64,000 nt of DNA from Klebsormidium nitens (lineage: Eukaryota; Plantae; Klebsormidiophyceae): NCBI GenBank assembly GCA_000708835.1, contig DF237339.1:22922-86921 (forward strand). The letters run 5' to 3'. A program made the position numbers and the translations under genes. The notes under the pieces were generated by a model. That model made no database searches. It worked only from the letters and a program-made list of their open reading frames with translations, and had not been told where the DNA came from. This document shows, in pieces, positions 62,500 to 64,000 of the stretch (positions are counted from its first letter, which is position 1; the number at the start of each line of letters is the position of its first letter).

Positions 62500-64000
62500 C
62501 TGTTTATGTGAAATAATCTGGAGGTCACCAAAGATGGAGAGTGATTGGAAGGAACAAAAGATGGGGTGCTTCACAGAAGAATGGTAGCCAAACATTGATA
62601 TGTAACGAATAGCATGAGGTAGTACTAGTCACTTGCTGGACCAGCTTTCATTAAGTTTTCCAATTATCACATTCTCCTTACACATATACTCTCGAAGTAA
62701 GCAGCAGTAGGCAGTTTTGTTCACATCTGGTTGACCAGCACTTTCAGCCAGATTTTGCACATCAAATGCTCAAGAAGGCTTGACAAACGCTTGCTCCAAA
62801 CCTTTATTCATGAGAAGTTGCGACACCCCCAGATGTCAATGCTGCTGACTCATAGGACTCATGCAAAGGAAAAGCAAGGCTTACTCGGCAGGAGCGCCTG
62901 CTTAAAACTGCTGTAATGTAGGACTAATGTAGCTCAATCTCCTACAAGATGCACAGGCTCCCCCTCGCAAACAGCTGATTGTCAAACCACATTGATTCTA
63001 GCGAGACTACTTTCAATCTAAGTGGCACACAAAATGAGGGGTTGTGGATGTGCCAACACCCTACAAGAGGTTTGCTTCCATGGAGATGAGGTAGATTTAC
63101 AATGTTACAATCTTGCCTGAGCAGCTGCTTGTCAGGAAACTTCAATGGGGAGGTCTTCGAAAGCTACTAGTGGCTTTCTGAACCAGGCTATGAAAGAAGG
63201 TGCTGGAGCTTCATACAAGATTTAGCTAGTAAATAAGCAGGCTTCCAGCTGCCCCGCCGCCGCCTGTTGAGCGCTGTCGATGCTGCTTCGCCACATTGGC
63301 CCACCATCGGCCCTGCTGGATCAATTCAGCAGAACTCCTTCACCTCCTCGTTGCGAGCATCAGAAGGCTGGTGAGCGCCTCCATGAGCAGCTGCATAACG
63401 AAGCTCTGGAAGCCAAAGCAGAATGGCCTGCAGATCCATTATGCACTTCGCGCGCTTCGCTCGAGCTAGACCAGATTGTGTTCAAAGCTATCCTTGAAGG
63501 GAGTGCTGGCTCAGCCTGGATCGAACACGCGCAAGTAATATTCAATCATGGGCAATTGAATGAAAATGGCCTCCCGAGTCCCGACTCCCGAGTCCCGAAT
63601 AAACCGGGAGGCATTTTCGGGTTCGCTTGACCGTACTGGACCAATATTGAACACCAGGCATGACGACATCAATCAACGGTGTGGATTGACCAAAAGATGA
63701 ATCGACGGGCTGGGGTCTTCAAAGTCAAGGGCAAGGTGTGCCACGCGGCCACGTTAACAGGCGGTACATCCAAGTTGGTAAAGGTATAGCCAATGGATCA
63801 CGAATATGAAATAGGTAGCCTAAACATACCGCCGAAATTGACATGTCCTGCTCGCGCACAAAGGCAGCCGGGGCAACCTTGCGTTCCAAGCCATGCAGTC
63901 CTGGAGTCTGGGTAGGTAAGTCGTACCTTTTGCCTGTTACAGTTGAGGCGCTCAAGGCCTTACAATTTCGGCTTGCGAAGCCCTTGGGTACTGGTCAAAA

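Noticed and set aside
63280-63630. 116-aa plus-strand ORF near the window end
   Set aside because: No recognisable domain or splice partners, and the opposite strand shows stop-riddled fragments. Not supportable as a gene.

Overview
Eukaryotic nuclear DNA, intron-rich with GT-AG introns, from a photosynthetic organism that retains ciliary genes. A plant-type phosphoribulokinase with a transit peptide sits beside ciliary/centriolar genes, which points to a streptophyte green alga, most plausibly Klebsormidium (inference). Gene models were spliced by hand. In order: 3' part of VPS15 (+), tafazzin-like acyltransferase (-), a small selenoprotein S-like membrane protein ending in an SHP box (+), TMEM208 (-), SAGA TADA1/ADA1 (+), CCDC191-like (-), queuosine salvage protein QNG1 (+), PRK (+), a 757-bp CMC/CACTA-type non-autonomous transposon, a large Sfi1-repeat coiled-coil gene (-), a SPATA4-like CH domain plus JHY domain gene (+), and a cluster of frame-disrupted two-TM genes (-). 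The most unusual signal is in the last intron of the Sfi1-repeat gene. It holds a tandem array of ten ~105-bp units, each a complete 3' splice cassette (branch point, pyrimidine tract, AG, exon start), and also a duplicated in-frame donor. Smaller duplicated splice junctions recur in four other genes. No tRNA, rRNA or CRISPR array was found. All homology calls are from motif recognition, not database searches.
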